64,000 bases of DNA from Centroscyllium fabricii (lineage: Eukaryota): positions 63,736,001 to 63,800,000 of the forward strand of contig JBNRSN020000017.1 of NCBI GenBank assembly GCA_051313645.2, read 5' to 3'. Of this stretch, positions 53,612-64,000 are shown piece by piece (the first letter of the stretch is position 1; each line of letters opens with the position of its first letter). Position numbers and translations under genes: made by a program. The notes under the pieces are model-generated. The model made no database searches and was not told the DNA's origin. It was given only the letters and a program-made list of their open reading frames with translations.

Positions 53612-54189
53612 TACTAGTTATGTGCAGGAAAATATCATGCCATTGCAGCTAGGCAGTGCTGCTTATAGTTTCCTGTTCCCCAGCTGTATAAACCTCGCAA
53701 CCTGCATCATTGGCACTTTTTGTCCTGTTGGAGTTGCTGGAAACTAGGCTGTTAGGTTGTATAATAGCACCAGCAACCAATCCTGTGCTCTCCTGCCAGC
53801 CATATAAAAAGTAAATTGAAACGGGCAGCAACGAGCAGGTGAAAGGCACCTACTGGAATTTTACACTCTGCACTTTGCAGACTCTGTACCAAAATAAGCC
53901 AGTACCTCAATAGTTGCTTCAAAGGCTTCAAAAATCGTGCAAAGTGCAGAAGCCTATTCATAGTTACTATTGCTCACATTTAATCCAAATGTTCCTTGAG
54001 TAGCGTAGCAAAGAGCAGAGGTCGAATACTCCTGCCTCTCCAAAATATTGCATCAAAATAGTTATTCTAATTAATGACCTGTGTATTGAAAAATAAGGAC
54101 TATTACATCAGTGTCTCCGAGACCCTTTGGTAATACCTCGGTTATTTTTCACAGGGTAGCCATCAATAGATCTTGTAAGGCAAAATTGT

Positions 54190-54540
54190 GATGCCCTACT
54201 TTTTCTGGAGTATCTCCAGCTTCTGCTTGATGGTTTAAAACCTGCTTCTCTTCAGGTCCATGTTGCTGCTGTTTCAATCTACTTGCTTTTACATTGTTGG
54301 GCAATCACATGATTTTTCTGGGTTTTTTTATGCCAACTGTTTTGCAACTGTACCCAATTATAGCCTTGCTGGTTTCTAATTGGGAGCTTAAATTAGCTAT
54401 TCACTAATTAATGGACCCTCAGTTCAAACCTCTTTCAATGAATTTACATTTCAGTCCTTGGGACCTGCCCAGACTTTTTAACTCGAGGTAGTTTTTGAAC
54501 TTCATTTGGGTCTGGAAATTGTGCCACTGTTTTATCTGCC
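54190..54540 (+). mobile_element. Possible DIRS1 tyrosine-recombinase fossil
   Basis: Manual translation LEYLQLLLDGLKPASLQVHVAAVS and VSNWELKLAIH*LMDPQFKPL resembles DIRS YR N-terminal motifs (from recall). Confidence 0.4.
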
Positions 54541-54571
54541 AATTCATTGTTAAAAAGCGGAAGCCGCATGC

Positions 54572-55782
54572 TATAGACAAATCCAACCCAGCCAATTACT
54601 GCCGCATCAGTCTGCTCTCATTCATCAGCAAACTGTTGGAAGGTGTCATCGACGGTGCTATCAAGCAGCACTTACTCACCAATAACCTGCTCACTGATGC
54701 ACAGTTTGGGTTCTGCCAGGACCACTCGGCGCCCAACCTGATTACAGCCTTGGTCCAAACATGGACAAAGGAGCTGAATTCCAGAGGTGAGGTGAGAGTG
54801 ACTGCCCTTAACATCAAGGCAACATTTGACAGTCTGGCATCAAGGAGCCCTAGTAAAACTGAAGTAAGTGGGAATCGGGGGGAAAATGCTCCACTGGCTG
54901 GAGTCATACTTTGCACAAAGGAAGGTGGTTGGCGGTCAATCATCACAGCCCCAGGACATTGCTGCAGGAGTTCCTCAGGGCAGTGTTCTAGGCCCAACCA
55001 TCTTCAGCTGCTTCATCAATGACCTTCTCTCCAACACAAGGTCAGAAATGGGGATGTTCGCTGATGACTGCAGTGTTCAGTGCCATTCGCAACTCCGCAG
55101 ATAATGAAGCAGTCCATGCCCACATGCAACAAGACCTGGACGACGTTCAGGCTTGGGCTGATAAGTGGCAAGTAACATTCGTGCCACAGAAATGCCAGGC
55201 AATGACTATTTCCAACAAGTGAGAGTCTAACCACCTCCTCTTGACATTCAATGGCATTACCATTGCCGAATCCCCCACTATCAACATCCTGGTGGTCACC
55301 ATTAACCAGAAACTTAACTGGACCAGCCACATAAATACTGTGGCAACGAGCAGTCAGAGGCTGGGTATTCTGCGGTGAGTGTCTCGCCTTCTGACTCCCC
55401 AAAGCCTTTCCACCATCTACAAGACTAAGTCAGAGTGTGATGGAATATTCTCCACTTGTTGGAGCTGCACTCATCTAGGCAGCACTCAAGAAGCTCAACA
55501 CCATCCAGGACAAAGCAGCCCACTTGATTGGCACCCCATCCACCACCTTAAACATTCACTCCCTCCACCACTGGCACACCGTGGCTGCAGTGTGTACCAT
55601 CTACAAGATACACTGCAGCAATTTGCCAAGGCTGCTTTGGCAGCACCTCCCAAACCCATGACCTCTTCCACCTAGAAGGGCAAGGTCAGGAGGCACATAG
55701 GAACACCACCACCTCCAAGTTCCCCTCCAAGTCACACACCATCCTGACTTAGAAGTAAATCGCCGATCCTTCATCGTCACTG
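54572..55782 (+). mobile_element. CR1-group LINE fragment (second family), RT region
   Basis: KSNPANYCRISLLS, QFGFCQDHS, AGVPQGSVLGPTIF, MFADD. Confidence 0.88.
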
Positions 55783-56011
55783 GCACAGATCGTGTGGTTT
55801 TATGACATAAGTGTAGAACATCAAGTGCAGTACCAACCATTTTTGCAAACACATTCCCCAGAACCGAGGCTTTACTCCTATGGTATTGATAAGTAACAAG
55901 ACCGCGCAAACCGCAAAGATTCTAGACTCCACTCGAACTGATCTATTTGTTTTCAATAAATCTTGGAGCTTATACTTAAAATCTGAATTCCACCCGTAAT
56001 CCACTGTCTGA

Positions 56012-56146
<135 letters not shown>

Positions 56147-56401
56147 TGATTTTCACTGATCGGCACTTAGTTACTCTTGCTGTGCTAGGTCTGACTTGTA
56201 AATCTTCCCATTGGAAACATTAGTGGTACAATCGGTGTTTTAATTTTGAATACATTGCCTCCTTGATGGCATTTTTACTTTCCATTTTTGCTACCTTTTT
56301 ATGAATCATGTATAACAAAAGTGATAAATCTGCTTAATATTTGTTGACAAATGCAAGAAGTCACACAACTCCAGGTTATAGTCCAACAGTTTTATTTTAA
56401 A

Positions 56402-56437
56402 TCACAAGCTTTCGGAGCGCTGCTCCTTCCTCGGGTG
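56402..56437 (-). ncRNA. Minimal hammerhead ribozyme motif in a Penelope-like terminus (56346-56440)
   Basis: - strand CAC-CCGAGGA-aGGAGC-agc-GCTCC-GAAA-gc-TT-GTG; stems intact; U4C core variant; palindromic AGCT stem III. Confidence 0.6.
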
Positions 56438-56755
56438 GTGAAGTTGATCCAAAGAAAGCACATATGCAAGGGAGAGAGAAATCTGATCTCTCCCACATCT
56501 CGCCTTAGCAAAGAGACAAACATAGCAGACAAAGGTGTATTAACATATTTTACCATATCAGTCTGAGATCAATGAGGCACCTCAGTGCAATATTTGTTGA
56601 GCAACTTGTAAACAATGAAAATTTAGAACCAGTATCATTTACTAATTCCACTTATATAATTACTGGTTACTAATTCCAATGTGTTCAACTTCAATGAAGT
56701 AGCTGCAACTTCTCAACAAAGGCACTGAAGGAGTTTCACAAAGTAATCATCTCTC

Positions 56756-56822
56756 TCACTGAATCCTGAAAACCAGTTTGTCTTTTTCACTGAATCCTGA
56801 AAACCAGTTTGTCTTTTTCACT
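56756..56822 (+). repeat. Perfect 31-bp tandem duplication
   Basis: TCACTGAATCCTGAAAACCAGTTTGTCTTTT x2 plus TCACT. Confidence 0.95.
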
Positions 56823-57585
56823 TGATGAATGAGTATTCCTGTGGAGTGACCTTTTGTCACCACATCATGTCATGCTGTTGAGGCCCTAGATACAATTACA
56901 TGAAAAGTTAGGACTTCTTTGTCATGTTGCACTGAAGTGCAGTACAGCCACCAACGCACTAAGTTCCTCTTCAGTAGCTGCTTTTCGATTGGCTTTAGTG
57001 GGATGCTTGGGCTGTCAACTTCTGCAGCTTTGACTAGTTTAAGCACCTAGATTGTGCATTTGTTTATCTGAGGAATGGACTTTTTTTTCCAAATCTCTGC
57101 TAAAGCATTAATGCAGTTTTAGGACTGAGATTGCCAGGTCAAGCCACTGAAGTGCTCTCTCTCTTTATTAATGCCTTGCTGAGTGTAGCTATGGCAATGC
57201 AGCCCCAAGTGTTACTTTGAATGCCCTGAGCAGGTGAAAGGTCAGTGTGCTAACCAGTTACACTATCCAGTCCCCCATCAAACCTTCATCCCTCTCATGT
57301 GGGCTGGATTCTTATTCATCTTGTGACCTCCACATACTAAAAGGGACAGGCCAAAGAAAATTAGGAGGCATCCCTGCTTCGAAACACAAATTTCAGCTGC
57401 CGGGACCTACTTCCCAACTGGCCTGGATGTTTTATGCAAAGTTGATTTTAGATACACTGAAATTTTACTTTATTTACTTTGAAGGACGGGGTAAATCCTG
57501 CCAGAATCTTTCCTCAAGTGATCAATCAGTAAGAGAGCTTTTGTGATCAAGTGGAGTATTTTTGGACTGAGTAATGGGCTCAGTG

Positions 57586-57929
57586 CACTGATTTTTCTTA
57601 TTCCAGGCTTCTTTATTTGGTTATCCGCTGATTTCAGCTGTGCTCAGCAGTTTGTTGCCAGGTCAAAGCATTTGGCTTCACCTTTGGTACAAGTAGTTAA
57701 AGAAGATGCTGTAAGCCTGCAAATTATTGCATAAGCTATAGATAAATATGTATAGCTTATGCAACAATATGTATAGCTTATGCAACAATAATTTGCAGGC
57801 TTACAACATCTTCTTTAACTACTTGTACCAAAGGTGAAGCCAAATGCTTTGACCTGGCAACAAACTGCTGTGCACAGCTGAAGTCAGTGGATAACCAAAT
57901 AAGGAAGCCTAGAATAAGAGAAATCAATG
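57586..57929. repeat. Long inverted repeat (about 155-bp arms) with a 21-bp tandem duplication at the apex
   Basis: 57586-57740 is the reverse complement of the right arm ending at 57929, with roughly 8 differences; AATATGTATAGCTTATGCAAC repeated at 57745 and 57766. Confidence 0.95.
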
Positions 57930-58846
57930 TAAAGGGTATGATCAGTAAGTTCGCTGATGACACGAAAATTGGTGTGGTGGTGGATAGCGAGGAGGGAAGC
58001 CTCAGGCTACAGGACGATATAAATGGGTTGGTCAGATGGGCGGAGTAGTGGCAAATGGAATTTAACCCTGAAAAGTGTGAGGTGGTGCATTTTGGAAAGA
58101 CTAAAGGCAAGGGAATACACAATGAATGGCAAGACTCTAGGAAAGACAGAGGATCAGAGGGACCTTGGTGTGCATGTACATCGATCCCTGAAGGCAGCAG
58201 GGTAGGTGGATAAGGTGGTTAAAAAGGCATATGGGATACTTGCCTTCATTAGCCGAGGCATAGAATATAAGAGCAGGGAGGTTATGATGGAGCTGTACAA
58301 AACACTGGTGAGGCCACAGCTGGAATACTGTGTGCAGTTTTGGTCGCCACACTAGGAAGGATGTGATTGCCTTGGAGAGGGTGCAGAGGAGATTCACCAG
58401 GATGTTACCTGGGCTGGAGAGTTTCAGCTATGAAAGACTGGACAGGCTGGGGTTATTTTCCTTGGAGCAGAGAAGGCTGAGGGGGGACCTGATTGAGGTG
58501 TACAAAATTGAGGGCATAGATAGGGTAGATAGGAACTTTTTCCCTTGGTAGAGGGGTCAATAACAAGGGGGCATAGTTACAAGGTAAGGGGCGGGAGGTT
58601 TAGAGGGGATTTGAGGAAGAACTTTTTCACCCAGAGGGTGGTTGGAATCTGGAACTCCTGCCTGAAAGGGTGGTGGAGGCAGGAACCCTCAACATTCAAG
58701 AAGCATTTAGATGAGCACTTAAAGTGTCATAGCATACACGCTATGGACCAAATGCAGGAAAATGGGATTAGAGTAGACTGGGCTCGATGGCCGGCATAGA
58801 TGCGATGGGCCTCTTTCTGTGCTGTAAAACTCTGACTCTATGACTG
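57925..58846 (+). mobile_element. CR1 LINE 3' fragment
   Basis: Starts at VKGMISKFADDTKIG; [13 protein letters not shown]; ends actctgactctatgact. Confidence 0.92.
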
Positions 58847-59088
58847 GACTGCATTGGGAATTAAAGAGAAGTTGTTCAAAATGATGTTCAACGTGGTAAC
58901 TTTAGAAATCCTTTACTGCAGTTGGCATTCTGAAGTTTGTTCCATTTCATTGCACTTTGGATTTTAATATCCATTTATTTAGACATTGGCTCTTAATCTT
59001 GAAGAGGTGCAATACGTTATTCCAGTAGCTGCCTTTTTTCTAACTTGCTTACTTGAAAATTTCAGAGCAACTTGTAAAATGAAAGTTA

Positions 59089-59718
59089 TGCCCCGCTTTC
59101 ACTGGAGGCTACGAATTGCCGAATCGTTCCGAATCTGAAATTTGTCCAGTTCGTAGATAATTCTTGCAATTCGGAAACGATTCGTAGACATTCGTAGAGT
59201 TCGCGTGAGTTCGCGTGATTTCGTTAATTTGGCACGAAAGTTTTTGCTTGTCAAAAACTTTCGTGGGAGGGTTAACGAATGTCCAATTCGTGAATGATTC
59301 GTAAACACTTCGTGAACCTTTCTTATCGTTCGTAACCCTTTCTTATCGTTCGTAATCGCTTCTTCTGCATTCTGGCCTATTCTTGTGCCCTCAAATTCGT
59401 GGACCCATGCCGAATACATCACGAAACAGGCACGAATGTCCACGAATCAAGTACGAATCGGTCGTAGTGGATTCGTACAGTAATTCGGCACATTCGTAAG
59501 TGAGTCGTACCTTATTCGTTAAATTCTTACCTGATTCTTTGAATTCGTACTTGTTTCTTAAACCATTCTTGACATTCGTACGAATAATTCGTAATCAATT
59601 CGTACCAGATTCGTAGCTCCTCCCGAATCCACCACGAATTTTCTCATTTTTTGCCGAATCTCCACGAATTTCGATTCGGGACGATTCGGCAATTCGTAGC
59701 CTCAGTGAAAGCGGGGCA
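59089..59718. mobile_element. PIF/Harbinger-type MITE (630 bp)
   Basis: TTA|TGCCCCGCTTTCACTG...CAGTGAAAGCGGGGCA|TTA; about 46-bp near-perfect TIRs; 3-bp TTA TSD. Confidence 0.9.
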
Positions 59719-60043
59719 TTAGAGTTGTTCTCCAAGAATTACCTCAATACAAAGTATCAGCTACTTTCTAAATTTGTTGGATCAGCACTCTAAATCTGAG
59801 TTTCCAAAAATACTGTGCACTATAATTCTTGCCTAGCTCCAATGCCTGACCTTGTTAAAAATGCACACAGCAGAGTGAACTAATTAGCGTCGGATCGAGG
59901 AAGTAGTACCTAATAACATTGGAGATCATTAAAGCCAAAGTATTGGAGAAACGCTTGGTAATCATTACGGTCATTTTTTTAAAAACACGCAGTCCTGGAT
60001 TTCTGACACGTGACCTATTCTGGTTCAACTTTCTTCACGCCAG

Positions 60044-60252
60044 GTTGAAAGTCTGAATTCGGAGCTTGCGAGTGAGCGTAGTGCTGGACAGAAGAGTGAA
60101 AATGCACGGCAACAACTTGAGCGACAGAATAAGGAACTAAAAGCCAAGCTGCAAGAGTTGGAGGGATCAGTCAAGTCCAAATTCAAGTCAACAATTTCTG
60201 CACTGGAGGCCAAGATCGCACAGCTGGAGGAACAACTTGAACAAGAAGCAAA
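60044..60252 (+). CDS. MYH10: MYH10 exon 27/29 (rod)
   Basis: ccag|GTT...AA|gtaaaa, 209 nt; [41 protein letters not shown]...LEQEAK. Confidence 0.95.
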
Positions 60253-61868
60253 GTAAAACCACTACGTATATTAAATGTATCTGAAGCAGTTTATGCTTGG
60301 TTCCTGCCAGTTTCATTTTAATTATCATTTTAGTACCACAAGGAACTTGGCCCACCTAAAACCAGAAAATGTTTTTGTGCTTTTTGAATCTTGTAACTGA
60401 AATCAAGTTGCAAAAATCCTTCCAGGCCTTTTTTTCCCAAAGGCCTGGATTCATGTTATAAAATGCATTCTTATTACTTCAAGTTCATTTTTTAATATTC
60501 TGATCTATTCACTGGTGGCCTTGATAAATGAGCCCCAATTCAGTTTCATCTTTAAGAAAAAGGATTAAAAAAACATGTACAGTTTCCTTTATCCAAGGAA
60601 AAGAATACTCTTGCTATAATCTCCTCAATCCAGCTTCATTGTCCTTTCAGCAATAAAATTGGATTGATGAGATTATACCTGATGATGGAACGGGATTAAT
60701 CAAACTTAAAATTTTAGTTAAAATGCAGTCAAGATGATTGAAACAGCGTCCGTAGCTGCCTGTGGTAGCTCCTCATAGGCTTAGTAACTTCCCCAATGTT
60801 AGCAGTGCTCATTGTTAACAGGCGGAGCAGGGGGGGTGGAAAACAACCTTCTATAGATAATTTCCATCGCAACTGTAATACATGCCAATCAATTTGATCT
60901 GGTGGCTAATTGGCATTTACTTTTGAAAATGTTAACTTTCTTCCAAACCTAGTTTCAAACAAAATGTGCCAGAATGACCACTTTGATTTTTATCTCTCTG
61001 GTTCAGTGTGGGGGAAATCGCATCACCTCGGTGCATTTTTTCCAATACATTGTGATATTGGAGAGCGTATATGTGCAGCTCTAAAATAAAATGTAACCTA
61101 GACGGTGGGTGATCTTGTCAGTCAAGCCTATTGCTGCGTTTTGCACTGAGCATTTCCTGTTTCTGTTCATTCTAGTGTGGTAGAATCTGTTGATATTCAG
61201 AAAATTGAAAGCAGTTTGGACAGTTTAAAAATCTCCTTTTATTGGTGCCCGCGATCTAGCAATAATGTGTATTCAAATTAGAATGCAGAGTGTTGTATGT
61301 AACAGTTAAAAGTATTTGTTTTTGGACATTTGCTTCCTTGGATTATTAATGAGTAGAAATCTTTCAAATTAAATTTAGATATAATCAAAAAGATGGGATA
61401 ATCTAGCTTTTTACAGTTGAAAGAGCATCACCTTGAACAAGCCCAATTTACTCTTCCCGGTAATTGTCGTCTTTTCCCCCCCAGAGGAGATATGGTGGAA
61501 CTGCAAAATGTTAAGACATTGCCTTCATCCATAATCTGTATTCTGACCCAATAATATAAGCAGTGTGCCTTGGAAAAGGATTGATTATTTGAAAGTGCAG
61601 GATGTGCCCCTGAGCATGTTGTACAAATTTGCTTGTTTTAGTTAAGTATCTTTTATTGTATTTGTGAGCTATTGGATTTGACCAGGTGCCACAGTTGCCC
61701 CACTGTGTATCTGCTGCCATAGCTGTGTATCAGCACTTAAGTCAGCCACCCACGTTGGTAATTGCCAGTATTTGTGCCAGTTTGATTGTCTTTTGGGGAT
61801 ATATCTAAATCTCCGTTTACAATCTTCCACCTTTCATCGTGTTTAAGCTGGTGACTTTGTTTTTTCAG

Positions 61869-61977
61869 AGAACGAGCAGCAGCCAACAAGCTGGTGCGTC
61901 GCACAGAAAAGAAACTAAAGGAGGTGTACATGCAGGTTGAAGATGAGCGCAGACATGCTGATCAGTACAAAGAACAG
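61869..61977 (+). CDS. MYH10: MYH10 exon 28/29 (rod)
   Basis: tcag|AGAA...CAG|gtagcg, 109 nt; [36 protein letters not shown]. Confidence 0.95.
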
Positions 61978-62166
61978 GTAGCGCTTCATTCTCTGGTATT
62001 TCTCAACAAAATAACTTCAATATAGAATATTGTTCTCTATTTCCCCCCCCCCTGCCAAAAATCTGGTCTTTTAATATAGAAGGTTAATTTAAAACAAAAA
62101 TTATAAGATTCACTACTTGCAGTCTTCCCACCATCATCTTGCAGTGATATTTTGACAGCCCTATAG

Positions 62167-62514
62167 ATAGAAACATAGAAGATAGGAGCAGGAGTAGCCC
62201 ATTCGGCCCTTCGAGTCTGCTCCGCCATTCAATGAGATCATGGATGATCATTCAAACCCAGTACCCTGTCCCTGCCTTGTCCCCATAGCCCTCTTGAGCC
62301 TGCACCGACACATATCCCACCCTATCCCCGTAACCCCACATATTCTAATCCCCCTAACACTAAGGGTCAATTTATCCTGGCCAATCAACCTAACCCGCAC
62401 ATCTTTGGACTGTGGGAGGAAACCGAAGCACCCGGAGGAAACCCACGCAGACACGGGGTGAATGTGCAAACTGCACACAGATAGTACCCGAGGCTGGATT
62501 TGAACCCGGGTCTC
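62167..62514 (-). mobile_element. HE1-type V-SINE, tail type 2
   Basis: B box, V-domain and CR1-derived tail on the - strand. Confidence 0.9.
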
Positions 62515-62695
62515 CTCATGTTCATGTAAATATTTACGTTCCTAAAGTTCCACACCCAAGACTTGCTGAGCTTGTGTAATGGGTGGCAAATCCAATATTG
62601 CCCGCTTTGCACATCACCAAAAGTTTAAAATGACCCCCTTTTAAGCTTGCAAGAAAGTGGACAAAACTGCACAGTGCAGCCTATGTTGGATCTAT

Positions 62696-63046
62696 GGGGG
62701 CAGATTTTAATTTTTGGACAGTGGACTGTGCCAGCTGGCACCAACGCCTTCTGGTTCTTGGAAAAAGTCTTGGAGCAGCCAGCAATGGTCTCATTTAAAG
62801 ACCGCTGGTTAGGCTGTTTGATTGCCATCATATAGAGGCAGACTCCACACAGCTCACTCATTGCAATTTTAAGGGGCATCATAGGACCCCGATTTGCTTT
62901 GTAAAGACCGACAGGCATGTGCTCTGGCCACATACAGGAAGGGCTTTTAGAAGTGCTGTTGGCTGGAGCTGCAGTAATTTACCAGCCCCATTTTGAGGCC
63001 GTTACCGCCCCATTAATGCAGAGTTCAGCAGCTCGAAACTGGCCCA
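62696..63046. mobile_element. Degenerate GC-ended MITE
   Basis: TAT|GGGGGCAGATTTT...GAAACTGGCCCA|TAT. Confidence 0.4.
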
Positions 63047-63223
63047 TATAATTCACATCCTTCTGTTTTTCACACTTCGAAGCATAAGGAATATTTGGAC
63101 TATAGAAAATTATGGAGGGCTGCTAAATTACTTCGTTAGCAATAGAAATGATTTTTACAGTCAATACCCGATTCTGTTATTTTTTAAAACTGCGTTACCT
63201 GAGATACTAAATATTTTCTCCAG

Positions 63224-63396
63224 GTGGAGAAGTCAAACTCACGCATGAAGCAACTTAAACGGCAGCTGGAGGAGGCAGAAGAGGAGGCTACACGCGCTAA
63301 CGCAGCCCGCCGGAAACTCCAGCGGGAGCTGGATGATACCACGGAGACTGCCGAGGCTATGAATCGTGAGGTCAATACTCTGAAGAGCAGGCTCAG
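63224..63396 (+). CDS. MYH10: MYH10 exon 29/29 (end of rod; penultimate coding exon)
   Basis: ccag|GTG...AG|gtagtg, 173 nt; [38 protein letters not shown]...TLKSRLR. Confidence 0.95.
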
Positions 63397-63584
63397 GTAG
63401 TGCTGGCTGTATTCACATGGTATTTAGAAATAGATTTTTTTCTTTTCAAAAAGTACTAGAGTTCCAGATGAAGTTAGGATCGCACTGCTTAACCACATTT
63501 TACTACAAGTTACCTGGACAACATTCAGACTTGGGCTGACATGTGGCAAGTAACATTCGCACCACACAAGTGCCAGGCAATGAC

Positions 63585-64000
63585 CATAGAATCATAGAAA
63601 CTTTACAGTGCGGATAAAGGCCATTCGGCCCATCCAGTCCGCACCGGCCCAGGAAACTCCTCACTATACTAACCCCATTTGCCCGCATCTGGCCCATAAC
63701 CCTGTATGTTACGGTCCTTCATGTGCTGGTCCAAATTTTTTTTTAATGTTGCGATGGTTTCTGCCTCCACCACCCTTGCAGGCAGGGAGTTCCACACTTC
63801 CACCACCCTCTGAGTAAAGAAATTTCTCCTTACCTCCCCCCTAAACCTCCCCCCCCTAATCTTGAATCCATGTCCCCTGGTACTTGACTCTCCCACCAAG
63901 GGAAACAATGCCCCTTTATCCACCTTATCGTGTCCCCTCATGATCCTGTATACCTCGATCATGTCACCCCTCAATCTTCTCTTCTCCAAGGCAAACAACC
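63585..64000 (-). mobile_element. CR1 LINE 3' end (continues past the window)
   Basis: ORF 63669-63998 (RRLRGDMIEVY...RNFFTQRVVEVWNSLP); tail ...gcactgtaaagtttctatgattctatg. Confidence 0.92.

Overview
Vertebrate genomic DNA, almost certainly an elasmobranch (shark-type HE1/V-SINEs, a Deu-domain SINE, CR1, L2, RTE and Penelope-like repeats). The whole window lies inside one + strand gene, non-muscle myosin heavy chain IIB (MYH10). I hand-mapped 29 consecutive GT-AG coding exons between 1842 and 63396 (4538 coding nt, about 1512 codons, in frame across every junction). They run from mid motor domain to the end of the coiled-coil rod; the 5' exons and the last coding exon are outside the window. 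Almost all other ORF-track entries are exon read-through, retroelement RT fragments or low-complexity artefacts. The introns are dense with transposon remnants. The most notable signals are: (1) two independent snap-back inverted duplications of target DNA at 5' junctions of CR1-mobilised insertions; (2) an RTE LINE with a 5' inversion bounded by one 7-bp TSD; (3) a V-SINE in two tail versions, each matching a different CR1 family in the window; (4) Penelope-like termini carrying minimal hammerhead ribozyme motifs; (5) Tigger-like MITEs with clustered NRF1/YY1-like motifs, one hosting a 29-bp minisatellite and one with termini resembling mammalian MER46C; (6) a MITE group with AAT/ATT TSDs. 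I found no new protein-coding system. Family names rely on recall and need database confirmation.
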